Source of the DNA: Octopus vulgaris
Taxonomy: Eukaryota
DNA: 64,000 bases
Direction of reading: 5' to 3'
Assembly (NCBI GenBank): GCA_951406725.2
Contig: OX597820.1
Location: forward strand, 69,688,001-69,752,000
Shown one piece after another: positions 1 through 12,485 of this stretch. Each line of letters begins with the position of its first letter. Position 1 is the first letter of the stretch. The position numbers were made by a program, and so were the translations under genes. Under the pieces are notes generated by a model that was given only the letters and a program-made list of their open reading frames with translations, had not been told where the DNA came from and did no database searches.

Positions 1-544
1 CTCGCTACATTTAATAAACGACGCCCTAAAGTATGTAAACCTACACACATCTCAAATATCTGTTCTACCAATGGTCACCTTGGACTAAACAACATTGATA
101 ACAACAAAAACAACGACAACAACAGCAACAACAACAACAACCTTATAGATGGTGCAAGGAATTTAAAATGTGATAGAAGATGAGAAAAGTATTCATTTCC
201 ATGTGTAAACTAAAGCTGGTTTATCTAAAACTTTATCACCCCTGACTCGAGTAATATATACTAGGGAGTAATATATACTAGGGGTGTTGTATTTTAGGGT
301 GATAACTCAAAGAATTATAGTTGTTCAGCTGTATTAATGTAGTACCAGAACTCTTCCCCATTTCCCTAAATATAATCGCCGTAGATTGCGCCAAACAAGG
401 AAATCAATGTTTTATTCTACCATGATTCATTTAAAATTAGTCTTATTTTCTAAGGATTCATATACCATGTCATATTCCTGATGAGTTCTTCGGGGAAGTT
501 TGATGACAGCCATCTGATGCCAAGTATTTACATATAGATGTATA

Positions 545-993
545 TATATATATTATACAATCCGTTCTGTCCGTCTCTGTGTGTCTTCTAGGATCTCGGG
601 CATCCTCCATTCGATTGCGCTCAATTTTGATATGTAGATACCGACGGTATCAGGGCGTGTATAAGCCTTGAAAAAATTACAAAAATCGATTCCAGGTGAG
701 AATGCAATCGATAAAGCCGTGGGAACGTGCATTTTTACGTCCAAATACATCAGCTGTTGCGATGTACTTACTGGTACTTTAAACTCTTCGCTTGCATATT
801 TGTGTGAATAAAATCGTTTTTCTTTGGAATAGAAAAAAGTCTATCTTTATTTCTTCTTTTGCTGGTGTCTCAAATTTAGATTAAAACGGTGTTTCTCAAA
901 GGGGAGGCGTATGAGACGGTCGGACAAGTTTTTGAGAAAATTTGGTTTAAATGTTTGACAACTCAGCACCGTCCATTAGACGGGGAGCGTTTT

Positions 994-995
<2 letters not shown>
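545..995 (+). mobile_element. Non-autonomous Helitron-like element, copy 1 (family shared with 55646-56019)
   Basis: Colinear with 55646-56019 (aatccgttctgtc...gataccgacggtatcaggg...gactcagcaccgtccatt). Subterminal hairpin CCGTC-catta-GACGG; terminal CTAG eroded into (TA)n here but present in copy 2. Confidence 0.7.
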
Positions 996-1051
<56 letters not shown>

Positions 1052-1054
<3 letters not shown>

Positions 1055-1675
1055 GGGGATTGAACAAAATAATGGAAGCACCTAGCATCATAGCATTATA
1101 ATTTTGAAATATCCATTCAACCATCAAAAGCTTGTTTATTTTTATGTTTTTTGATTTGTTATAAGTGTTGCTTAATATGTTTTGCTAAAATTGTTTCTTT
1201 TCAGATATCAGAAAAAGATAATTAAAATTCATTAAAATGACAGATCTATCGAACTTTGAAAGAGGTCAAATTGTTGGTGCTCGTATGACAGGCACTAGCG
1301 TAACGAAAACAGTCGAAATGTTTGGTGTATCAAGAAGTACTGTCTCGAAATTAATTACAGCCTTCGTAACAAAACTCCGGAAATAAACCAAAACTTTCAG
1401 ATAGGGACCGTCGGGCTATTACACGAATTGTTAGAAAGGACCACAAAAGTACAACTTCCAAAATTCCTGCAGAGCTTAATGACCACCTCGAGAACCAAGT
1501 TTCCACAAAAATTGTTCTCCGGGAGCTGCACAAAGCCAGATTTCACGGGAGGGCTGCAATCAGAAAACCACTAGTTTCAAAAGCAAATGTTGTATAGCGT
1601 TTAGAGTGGTAAAAGCCGACAGAATTTGTCACTAGAACAGTGAAAGTATGTTATTTTCTCGGACAAGTCATCCAT
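1052..1675 (+). mobile_element. Tc1-family DNA transposon relic (left TIR plus truncated transposase pseudogene)
   Basis: TIR-like ggggattgaacaaaataatggaagcacc after (TA)n. ATG at 1237: MTDLSNFERGQIVGARMTGTSVTKTVEMFGVSRSTVSK (HTH), then KPKLSDRDRRAITRIVRK...LHKARFHGRAAIRKPLVS..RLEW..VIFSDKS with stops and frameshifts. Ends at the first catalytic Asp motif. Confidence 0.9.
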
Positions 1676-2204
1676 TGTATCATAAACGTTCGCGTTCCTC
1701 TTCCATCTTTGCAAAATGGCTTTATAATAATTCACTCAATCGTCATATTAATGTCGATCTTTATATATATAGACTATTAAATCAGAACAAACATCATTAT
1801 AATCACTATCGTCATCAACAAAGGATTTGACATCATTAAAGCGATGAATTCATAGAATCGTAAAAGCGTCGATGTGAATAACTTGCGGTATATGTTTTGG
1901 CTATCAAGGATTTGATTTCAGATCCCACTGTAGTCAGGGCAGTAATTTCATAGGAATCGATAAATAAAGTATCCGTTGCAATACTGCAGTACATATTTAT
2001 TCTCTCTCTTTCACAATGTGTTGTACCTGCAATTCAAAGATTCAACCTTGGTATTGAGTATTTTTTTCCGACGGTTAATACTAAACGCGCACATGTGTGT
2101 GTATATGTGTGTGTGTGTGTGTGCACATGTGTCTGTATCAATGTAGAGTGTATTCAATTAAGCGTATACATTGGAAAGAGAAAATATACGACCACATAGA
2201 AGTG

Positions 2205-2247
<43 letters not shown>

Positions 2248-2259
2248 TGTGTGAGTACG

Positions 2260-2370
2260 TTTGTGTTTGTCTGTTTCTCCGTGACCACCGCTTCACAACC
2301 GGTGTTGGTATGTTTATGTCCCCGTAACTTAGTAGTTTGGCAAAAGAGACCGATAGAATAAGTACCATGC
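2260..2370 (+). mobile_element. SINE family A, internal fragment
   Basis: cttcacaaccggtgttggtatgtttatgtccccgtaacttag...gagaccgatagaataagtac matches the body of full copies. Confidence 0.75.
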
Positions 2371-2468
2371 TGGTTTACTAAGCAAGGACAGCACTTTTTA
2401 AGGGGAAGGCATTAGTCGATATCATAAGCACCAGTGCTTGACTGGCGCTTCATTGCCCCATGTTGGGA

Positions 2469-2638
2469 GGCGTAGTAGTGGCTGTGTGGTAAGTAGCTTG
2501 CTTACGAACCACATGGTTCCGGGTTCAGTTCCACTGCGTTGTACCATGGGCAAGTGTCTTCTACTATAACCTCGAGCCAGCCAAAGCCTTGTGAGTGGAT
2601 TTAGTAGACAGAAACTGAAAAGAAGCGTCCTATGTATG

Positions 2639-2693
<55 letters not shown>

Positions 2694-2903
2694 TTGTATG
2701 TCTGTGTTTGTCTCCCCAACATCGCTTGACAACCGATGCTGGCGCGTTTACGTCACCGTAACTTTGCGGTTCGGCAAATGAGAGCGATAGAATAAGTACT
2801 GTGCTTACAAGGAGCAAGTCCTGAGGTTGATTTGCTCGACTAAAGGTGGTGCTCCAGCATGGCCGCAGTCAAATGACTGAAACAATTAAAAGAGTAAAAG
2901 AGA
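2469..2903 (+). mobile_element. tRNA-derived SINE family A, full length
   Basis: Pol III A box (tggctgtgtggt) and B box (ggttcagtt), internal (TG)n, body, 3' end ggtgctccagcatggccgcagtcaaatgactgaaac plus (taaaagag)n tail. More than 10 copies in the window. Confidence 0.9.
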
Positions 2904-3383
2904 GGGATTGAACTAATAATGTCAAGTGCTGGGAGATATATCAGAGAACAATCAGAGAACATTCTTCTCCGCTGCCCTAATGATTCTACCAAATAACCGC
3001 CTTTGAAACAAGCAATACCTATTGTTATAAGTGGAGTGGGGTTGTCAGTGTTAAATATCCTACGAGGTTTATGTCAGAGATTGGTATCTAATCATGAAAG
3101 AACGTTACTCTCATTAATGTAACGCAATGAAAATCAGTCTATTATACATTTTTAAAGATTTTTTTTTTATTACATGTTACCGAAATCAACTTTGATTATT
3201 TCTGGATCGATAAGATATATATCAGTTTGTTGTGTGGACGCCCCCAGAGGATGAAGTAGGCTAACCCAATACGTAGATATAGGGGGAGAAGTCTAGACGT
3301 CGGCAGTTGAGTAGAGGTCATCGGAACGTGCGATATAACACAGTTGAGGACTGATCGATGAAATTAATTATATCATTCCTCTT

Positions 3384-3446
3384 TAAATAATGGTTTATAA
3401 ACTTTGGAATATACAGTATATTCCAAAATTTATAAACCATTATTTA
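3384..3446. repeat. Near-perfect palindrome, ~31-bp arms, 1-nt centre
   Basis: taaataatggtttataaactttggaatatac-a-gtatattccaaaatttataaaccattattta; one mismatch. Confidence 0.95.
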
Positions 3447-3519
3447 TTATCTTGACCATTGCCTGATGAAGTGCATATCGGACTGTGTTTTAAGTCGCAT
3501 GACAGAATATGTTTTCTTT

Positions 3520-3820
3520 TCTTATGTGAAGAGGTATCTAAACCCATTGCTCAACCCTATTGAATTCCAGAAGACTGACGTTCTGGAAAGGAAGGTGTAG
3601 CTGAATTGGTCGGTGACAAACTTGGAGTAGGACTGACAGAATATGGATGACGAGAGAAGGGAAGATGAATATATTAGGAGTGTCTGTATGGTGTTAGTAC
3701 GACACAAATCAGCTGCGGGAAAGGGCGGCCTTGACAATATTGCATGTGGGGAAAAAACGTGGAGTTGGTGAGATACTTCATAGGAATACATCAGGCAGTC
3801 ATTATGCGGAGTGGCGAGAT
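3520..3820 (-). mobile_element. CR1/L2-like LINE ORF2 3'-end relic
   Basis: Minus-strand translation has FSYTFLSRTSVFWNS, resembling the C-terminal SF.PRT..LWNSLP motif of CR1/L2-group ORF2. Confidence 0.5.
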
Positions 3821-3882
3821 GTAATCTTATGTTAAAAGATTTAAGAGAATATTATTTTCTCTAATATCGTTAAATATCTGTA

Positions 3883-4250
3883 GGCGCAGGAGTGACTGTG
3901 TGGTAAGTAGCTTGGGCAAGTGTCTTCTACTATAGCCTCGGGCCGACCAAAGCCTTGTGAGTGGATTTGGTTGACGGAAACTGAATGCTCGTTGTATATA
4001 TGTATGCATGTATATATATATGCCTGTGTGCGTGTGTGTCTGTGTTTGTCCCCCAGCATCGCTTGACAACCGATGCTGGTGTGTTTACGTCCCCGTAACT
4101 TAGCGGTTCGGCAAGAGAGACCGATAGAATAAGTACTAGGCTTACAAAGAAAAAGTCCTGAGGTCGATTTGCTCGACTAAAGGGCGGTGCTCCAGCCTGG
4201 CCACAATGATATGATTGAAACGAGTAAAAGAGTAAAAGAGTAAAGAGTAA
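3883..4250 (+). mobile_element. SINE family A (internal deletion in the head)
   Basis: ggcgcaggagtgactgtgtggtaagtagcttg joins directly to ggcaagtgtcttctac (B box missing); rest of body and (gtaaaaga)n tail intact. Confidence 0.9.
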
Positions 4251-4599
4251 ATATTATGAGTCACAAGGCTCAAGATACATACAGAAAATGTAAAACTGTG
4301 TCAAAGGAAAGATCGGTGAGATAACTGACATGAAACAGCATCAGCCAATAATATAATAGTGGAAACTATGTCACGTTGGGTCTGACCACAATGAAATACA
4401 CCCCCTCTCCCCATCTCATAATATACCCACGGTTGTTAATAAACATTTGTGAGATGTTACGTCAGCCCCCATTGCCACATGAGGTATGCTAGTAATCTCA
4501 GTCGGAATGTGAATCTTCCATACCTGCTGAAACCCATTTTAGTTCATTTAAATGGCTAAAGCCTTCGGGAAGGTAACAACCCAACAGCGTCTCTCACTT

Positions 4600-4701
4600 T
4601 TTTCTCATACACACATACAAACGTGCATATATGCATAAACACACACATACAACACACACGCACACTTACACAATATATATGTATGTATGTACATATAAGT
4701 A

Positions 4702-4792
<91 letters not shown>

Positions 4793-4837
4793 TATGTATG
4801 TATGTATGTATGTATGTATGTATGTATGTATGTATAT
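4600..4837. repeat. Compound microsatellite (CA)n/(TA)n/(TATG)n
   Basis: Direct reading. Confidence 0.95.
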
Positions 4838-5069
4838 CAAGGGGAAGTGAGGGTAAATGCTTTGTCTGTCGGAAGGAAACTAATAGCTTTGAAATATTTG
4901 TGATGCGATGCATAATTCAAGAGAAATGTCAATTTAAAAATTCGATAACTATGGAATGAAAGAAAAATAAAGCAAAAAATATGAAGAGAAGTATAGGAAA
5001 ACTGAATTTCGGGGAAATAGATAAATAAACAAACAAATAAACAAATATTAGAGACAAGTGAATAACTGT

Positions 5070-5260
5070 GGAGAAGAAGAAGAAGACGAAGAAGAAGAAG
5101 ACGAAAAGAAGAAGATGAAAAAGAAGATGATGATGATCACGACGACGACGAAAAGGGAGTAGTATTAGCAGCAGTAGCAGCAGCACTGGCAGTAGCAGCA
5201 GCTGCAGCAGCAGTAGCACCAGTAGCAGCAGCAGCAGTAGATGTAGAAGAAGAAGAAGAA

Positions 5261-5326
<66 letters not shown>

Positions 5327-5698
5327 CACGACGACGACAAAGGAGTAGTATTAGCAGTAGTAGCAACAGCACAGGCAATTGCAGCATCAGCAGCAGTAGC
5401 ACCAGTAGCAGCAGCTTTAGAAAAAGAAGAAGATGATGGAGAAGGAGATGATGGAGAAGGAGAAGAAGGAGAACAAGACGAAGAAGGAGAAGAAGAGGAA
5501 GGTGAAGAAGAAGAAGAAGAAGAAGAAGACGAAGAAGAAGAGAAAGGTGAAGAAGAAGAGGACGAAGAGGAAGGAGAAGAAGATGAAGGTGAAGAAGAAG
5601 AGGAAGGAGAATATGAAGGGGAAGGAGAAGAAGAAGAAGAAGAAGAAGAAGAAGAAGAAGAAGAAGAAGAAGAAGAAGAAGAAGAAGAAGAAGAAGAA
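5070..5698. repeat. Compound trinucleotide array (GAA/GAT/GAC/GCA/GTA) with an internal duplication and a long polypurine GAA tract
   Basis: Block gatcacgacgacgac..ggagtagtattagcag...gcaccagtagcagcagc occurs at ~5135 and ~5324; (GAA)n-rich 5420-5698. Confidence 0.95.
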
Positions 5699-7953
5699 AT
5701 TACAAACGAAATGCATTAATGAAAGAAAGAATAGAATTATTTGAAAATCTACCGCAAACAGAACCGTTGGCAGTTTTCTTGTGGCCTTGAATAAGCTACT
5801 TGCCTGCGGTAAGTAGGCTGAGGGCAATTATCTCTACCTTTATATGGCATAACAAGACTCGCTACTTTATAGCTGATGATTCTACATAAGCTTCTTAACA
5901 CCTTACTAAATCTAAGAAATCCCTTGCAATAGAACGTGTCAGAACCTCTACAAAACACGCACGTTTCTTTCAGTCAGTTTTCCCATTGAAAAGCAAAGGA
6001 CGTCTAGTGCACGCATTCTCACCACAAGTCGGCTTACCGAGCAGAGAATAAAGCTGACAGGATACCTTATCATGTGAAAGTTCTTTTAAGTAGAAAGAAA
6101 GAGGAGGAAGTATGGCGAGCAATGCGAAAGATAGAGAGAGAATTGTAAGGGGAGAAAAGGGAATTTTATGCGAGAGCAGTAAAGAATAGTGGTAGAGGGG
6201 GTAGGACTTTAAAGAAATATATTAAAAGATATTAAAAGTATTAAAGGAAATAAGAGTAATCTTAAGTCAGGGAAAGATAGTTTGAGTTAATAGTGTGAGA
6301 ACAGTGAAAGAAATACGGGGTGAGAGAAATTAGAAAGTAAAATAATGTGTGAGAGAGAGAGGGGGCGAGAGAGAGAGAGGGGGCGAGAGAGAGAGAGAGA
6401 GAGAGCATTTGTGTGTATGTGTGCGTTGGGAGAGACATTTGAAGCAAGGGAAATATAGACAGATTCGCTACAATTTGCTTCAAGAAATATCAAAGGAAAG
6501 ACGAAAGCAAATAATTGTGAGTGAGCTTTGAAAAATATATAAAATAAAATTATAGGAATGAAAATTATGAATAAATAAACTAATTGAAGCAGAAGAAAAA
6601 AATTCTTAAAAATCAGAGAAAAAGTAAATAAATTGACAAAATGAGGTGGCTTATGTTGATTAAAACAGTTTATTTTGTTTTGTACTTCGAATATTCGTGA
6701 AAATTATTGGTGTTTTAACTGAACCTTTACAACTGCGTTAATTTGAGGTAATTATTATAAAAAGTAGTGTTTTTTCTTTTTTTCATGTTAATTTCAAATA
6801 GATGTTAATATTTTGTATTTAGTTTTGACTTATATTTGTAGTTGATATTTATTTCTCAAATTTTTTTAAAGTTATTTTTTATACGAATGCGTGGAGATTT
6901 TCTTTTAGAAAGAAAAAACTATATAAATAGATTTTGGCGGGTTAAAGCGATAAATACAATAATCGGCTTTTAGCAATCAGTGGAAATGGTGTTTAAATTT
7001 TGTTCAAGTTTCAAAAAAGAAAAAATAATAATAATTAAGAAAAATAGACGTTAAAATGTCTTAATTAAAAATGGGACATTTATTTCATAGGAAGTTGTAG
7101 ATAGCTAATCAAGGATAATTAGTGCTGATTTTGTTTTTAATGATTCAAATTCTATAAACATTCAGGAAAAAACATCCAGCCCCTTAATTCGTTAATTGCT
7201 AAATTGATTCCATTCGTCTTTTTACATATTGTAAAGCCATTCAGGTAGTTAAGTGTAAATTTTCATAGCAGTTGGATTTGTTTTAATTTCTTTTATTGCC
7301 TTCATATATGAACTGCAAATTAGTAAGTGATTTGAAATGTAAACGTTTCTGAATGACAAATCTGTAGAGTGAGGAATCATATATTTGTACATTGATATTT
7401 TTATAAAGAGAAAAAGACAAACACGATATCCAGTTTGTCCGCGCTCCAGCTTAAGTTTTAGCTAACATTTTGCACCAAATAAACTTTATCTTGCGAATAT
7501 TAAATCTCATTTTACGAAAAGCATGACTAGTTTTGTATGAGCAGATATGATTCGAGGATCACGTGACATTTGAAAGTCTGAAATATGTCGTCGTCGACGG
7601 CGGCGGCGGCGTTTTATCGTGTGTCCGATAAATTATTTGGCCTCTTCTTGACCACTTCTTCCCCTCAGTTCGTGTTTATGCCTCTAATGACTAATGACGC
7701 TGATTCTTGCATCGAGATATCTGTTGCAAAGTTTACAAGGGATCTATGGTGGAAACTTTGGCTGTTGCAACCTCTATTTTCTTTCATCAAATCTCAGGAC
7801 AGGCCCAGCTGACATCATTCCATCTTCACCGTGACAAATCATTTTGAAACGTTGTGGTAACAACAAACAAGATGAAGACACATATCCGTCCAGTGTTAAT
7901 AATATAAATAATGTACAGAATTCTTCATCTCTAAAATATAGAATAGTAAAATA

Positions 7954-7987
<34 letters not shown>

Positions 7988-9015
7988 ATGTATGTATATA
8001 ACAAAGGAGGTGTAAACCGCAATGAAAAACACCAATTACGGCCAAATTGTAATAGTAGAAATACTTATGATACAGCTAACACACTAACAACGTCGGTAAA
8101 TGGAACTTGTTGTGAATAATTGTAGTAATACGTATGCAACACAGCCTGTGTCTAAAATATCAATAACGATATTATTCTCGATATCAACACATAAAAACCA
8201 TAGGGTGTTGATAAATAATTCAGTGACAAATATCTTATAAGTAGCTGAATTCTACAAAAGAATATTGACTTAGATAAGATTTGCTAACAACTTACTTGTA
8301 CAAATACAGCCAATCGAAAGCTTCCCAAACCGGAACAAGACCTCAGTAGGTTTCAGAGATCATTAGGAGATTGTCTGCACCATTAAGGGGCGATCCCTAT
8401 CGACGGCTTTAGAGAGCACCGCCTTCCTTTACTGATGCATAACCCTGTCTACTGCATCGTTTGCTTAAGTGGAGCTTCACATGGAATATTTATCGATCCA
8501 CTGAAATTTGATCCTGAGATTATTTGCTTCGTGTTTAATGATCAGTTGACTTAAACTGCTTCATTTTCTTTCTCCGACGCCAGTAGGTTTCAGGAGTCGT
8601 CGTAATGAGAGGATGCGTACTGTTTAAGTCCTCGTCACAGACACTTTACTCTGAATATCCCAAACTTTTCTTTTCATTTCGATATCTTTCAATATGTCTG
8701 TAGTTCAGAGTTTGGTGAAGATCTTGCGGTTTTCCCCTTGCTGATCAAATGGCCGTGTACAAAATCCGCAGTTTTGTAAGATTTCGTGATAGTAATGTGC
8801 GATACCGGAATCAACATACAGTTAATTTTATTGATTTCTATTCGTACTCTTGCTTCACTTGACTATTGGCATTCAAACAGATTTCCGATAAAAACTTCTA
8901 GAAAACACATAATCATATTTTCAGCTATATAAAAAAGTTATTTGAGTTAGAAAATTACTATTTTTAAATCTCACAACATGTGATATTCAGCAAAAGTACA
9001 TTTTAGTATAAATTG

Positions 9016-9216
9016 TTTGCCAACAAAACATGGCAGCCTGGTTTAGGACTAATGTTGCTGTAATTTAGCCCCAGGAGAATCGTCTCCAGCTGGCTATACG
9101 AGACAAATGGTATAGGACACTGATCGTGTCGTATAGCCAGCTGGAGACGATGTTTCCTGGGGCTAAATTACAGCAACATTAGTCCTAAACCAGGACTGCC
9201 ATGTTATGTTGGCAAA
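9016..9216. repeat. Long inverted repeat / fold-back element (~90-bp arms, ~21-nt spacer), MITE-like
   Basis: tttgccaac..catggcagcctggtttaggactaatgttgctgtaatttagccccagg..atcgtctccagctggctatacg pairs with cgtatagccagctggagacgat..cctggggctaaattacagcaacattagtcctaaaccagg..gttggcaaa. Confidence 0.95.
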
Positions 9217-9391
9217 TAAACTTTACTACAAATTATTTGAGGTTCTAAATTTAGATTAATAAGCGGTATATCAAGCGTTAAAAACTTCAGGCTTTTCCTA
9301 GCATACAGTGGGAAAATATTCGAAGAATTCATAGACAATTTAAGAACGTTAGCCACAAATAAATACTTCAAGGTATCAGATAATCTTGAAT

Positions 9392-9538
<147 letters not shown>

Positions 9539-10139
9539 GTGCATGTGTGCGTCGAACACTTATCAAACTATATTAATCTATGTTGTACTTGGTGAACGTT
9601 GAAATCGTCATTTTCACTATCCCAGAAAGAAAATTTTTTATTCACTATATTGTTCATGTTACTTGGGTGGAACAACTCCACATAGAACATCTACTTTTGC
9701 ACGCACTATTTTCTCGGGAGTTTTTTCTCGAAGTTTTTGTTGAAGTTCACCAAGGCAGAAGATATACAAAAGTACATTCCTAAGAATGCATATCTGTAAA
9801 CATACTAAATATATTTTATATGTATGTCTCTCTCATCGCCCCCTCTCTCTCTCTCTCTCTCCCTCGACCACGTTTTAAAATTAAATAAAAGCAATTGCTA
9901 CGGGATTATGTGGGATATGCTGTCCTGTGGTATGGAACTAATGATCACGTGTTTACGGAGGAAACTTCTTAATTGCAGAACCAGACATGTATTAGAGTTT
10001 TGTATTATCTGATTAGTGAAATATTTATGAGATCATCGCTACGTATTGTATATCTAGCAGATTAACTCACAGTATCTCTCACTAATCCCCAACTACTGGT
10101 ATGACAATTACAGTTTTTCTCAGCTCTGACAATCTAATT

Positions 10140-10284
10140 GCAGCCATGACTGTGTGGTAAGGAGCTTGCTTCCCGACGTCATGTTTCCAGGTTCAGTCCC
10201 ACTGCGTGGCACCTTGTGTGAGTGTCTTCTACATCAGCATCGGGCCGACCAAAGCTGAGTGGAGTTGGTAGGAAACGGAAAGGA

Positions 10285-10317
<33 letters not shown>

Positions 10318-10523
10318 AATACAAACACACACACACACACACATATATATGTGTATATATATGCTTGTGTGTCTGTGGTTGTCCCTTCACCATCGCTTGA
10401 CTACCGATGTTGGTGTGTTTACGTCCCCGTAACTAGCTGTTCGGCTTACAAAGAATAGATCCTGGGGTCAAATTGTTTGACTAAAGGCGGTGCTTCAGCA
10501 TGGCCGCAAAGAAGGAATAGAAG
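10140..10523 (+). mobile_element. SINE family A, diverged
   Basis: Head gactgtgtggtaaggagcttg...ggttcagtcccactgcgtggcacc; 3' ggcggtgcttcagcatggccgc. Confidence 0.85.
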
Positions 10524-10579
10524 AATATTAAGTGGTTAGACCGTTGAACTGTACTTATTTGATATTTCTACGCGCAAAC

Positions 10580-10798
10580 GCAGCGAACTAGCAGCATCGT
10601 TGGCACGCCGGGCGAAACGATTTGCGGTATTTCGTTCGTCTTTGCATTTTAAGTTCAAATTCTGCCGAGATCGACTTTGTTATTCATCATTTCGGGGTCG
10701 GTAGGATAAGTACCAACTGAGGACTGGGATTCGATTTAAACAATATCCCCCTCCCTCATTCCGAATTTTCTGGGTTTGATCCAAAATTTAAACCAATA
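10580..10798 (+). mobile_element. tRNA-derived SINE family B
   Basis: gcacgccgggcgaaa...gttcaaattctgccgagatcgactttg...ttcggggtcg..taagtacca, as in other B copies. Confidence 0.85.
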
Positions 10799-11389
10799 TT
10801 TCTATGCGTAAGGGAAAGCATAGTTACGTAGTTAAGAAGCTCACTTTGCAATACCTCGTCAGGAGGGTTCAATCCCACTGCGTGATACCTTGTCCTATAG
10901 GGAATTTGGTGGGTGGAAAATGTGCTGAAACCCGCCGTATATATATATGTGTGTGTGTGAGTGTGTGTGTGTATAATCAAAGTACAGAAATGGTGTATTC
11001 CGAATGAACTAGGTAATGTAATCTGATGGTAGAAAGAATTCCGCGAATTAGAAACTCCAAAGTCAGTGAGAAGGCCATATATGTGTGTGTTTATGCCCAG
11101 AGAGCATGGAGCACTATCCAAAAGTTTATGCAGCAGCAGAGCAGCGGAAAACCCAGCGTCATACAGGCGTGTGATAGGCTAGACAACGAAATGAATGAAA
11201 TCCGCCGAAAGAAGATGCATCAGCCGACAATTTTTGAGAGCTTCGGGATTAACTAAAAGCAATCTGAACTTAATAAACTTGGATGTCTTCTTTTTACCAT
11301 TGCATTGAACTTCTTATTGGCCTTACTTCCTACCCTATGAATTTTTATTCGTATGTTCAGTAAATTTTTGGTTATGTAGTGTTTAGATA

Positions 11390-11475
11390 ACAGACCCTCG
11401 GTACTATGCCACTCTCGGTACTATGCCACTTTGGCTCAGTCCCGCAGGGTGACATAGTAGCGAGAGTTGACTGTA
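11390..11475. mobile_element. Tiny MITE-like inverted-repeat element
   Basis: ctctcggtactatgccac / gtgacatagtagcgagag (18-bp IR, 2 mismatches); 17-bp tandem duplication of the left arm; right end reads TA-CAGTCAACTCTCG on the minus strand. Confidence 0.55.
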
Positions 11476-11750
11476 TAGCCTCAGGCTGACCACACTCTCG
11501 TGAATGGATTTGGAAGATGGAAACTGAAAGAAACCTGTACTATATGTGCATATCTATATTTGTCCCCCACCACTACTTGACAACCTGTGTTTGAACATTT
11601 ATATCCCCGTAATTTCTTTAAAAGTTATCGATAGAACAAGTACCAAGCTTTAAAAAGACATTATAATGAGTGGGGTCGATTCGTTTGAAAGAAAATTCTT
11701 CAAGGTGGTGTATAGCAGCACACTAATGACTGAAACAAGAGAAAGATATA
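11474..11750 (+). mobile_element. SINE family A, 5'-truncated and diverged
   Basis: tatagcctcagg...ggaaactgaaagaa...cttgacaacc...aatgactgaaacaag. Confidence 0.8.
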
Positions 11751-11901
11751 AACCGATAAAGAAACAATCTCTGATTCATGAAACCTCTAACATTTCGTTA
11801 TTCGTTAGTATAAGCTCTAAGGCCGGTAAAGTGCGAACATGTCATAAACTGCTTTAACTGTTGTTAACAGCATCCTACCACAGTTGCTACAGACGCTACA
11901 C

Positions 11902-11942
<41 letters not shown>

Positions 11943-12099
11943 ACTATTTTACTCTTCCTATTACTGCAATCAATGCTGCCATTAATGTTGTCAGCACTTA
12001 ACTCAACTTACCAACAACATAAGTAAAATCGTAAATAGATTATGAATGGTCAATATAAAGTGGGGGGGCGGGGGAACCGATCAACGAAATTCTTATCTG

Positions 12100-12212
12100 T
12101 GAAATGCATATGCACATACATAGGCACACACGCACGCACGCACGCACATATTCACACAGACATAAAACAGAAACACAAACACAGCTATATATATCTACAT
12201 ATATATATATTC

Positions 12213-12243
<31 letters not shown>

Positions 12244-12423
12244 CATATATACATATATATACATATATATATATACATATATATATATTATTATATATAT
12301 ACAAATATATATATATATAAATTCATATATATATACAAATACATATATATATATACTTATATACATATATATACATATATATATATATACATATATATCC
12401 AGATATATACGTATATATATCTG

Positions 12424-12485
<62 letters not shown>

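Noticed and set aside
478-510. CTGATGAG followed by a UUCG hairpin, hammerhead-like
   Set aside because: No GAAA after stem II and no stem I/III.
8340-8880. Possible decayed LINE endonuclease region
   Set aside because: Only vague similarity; no ordered motifs could be read.
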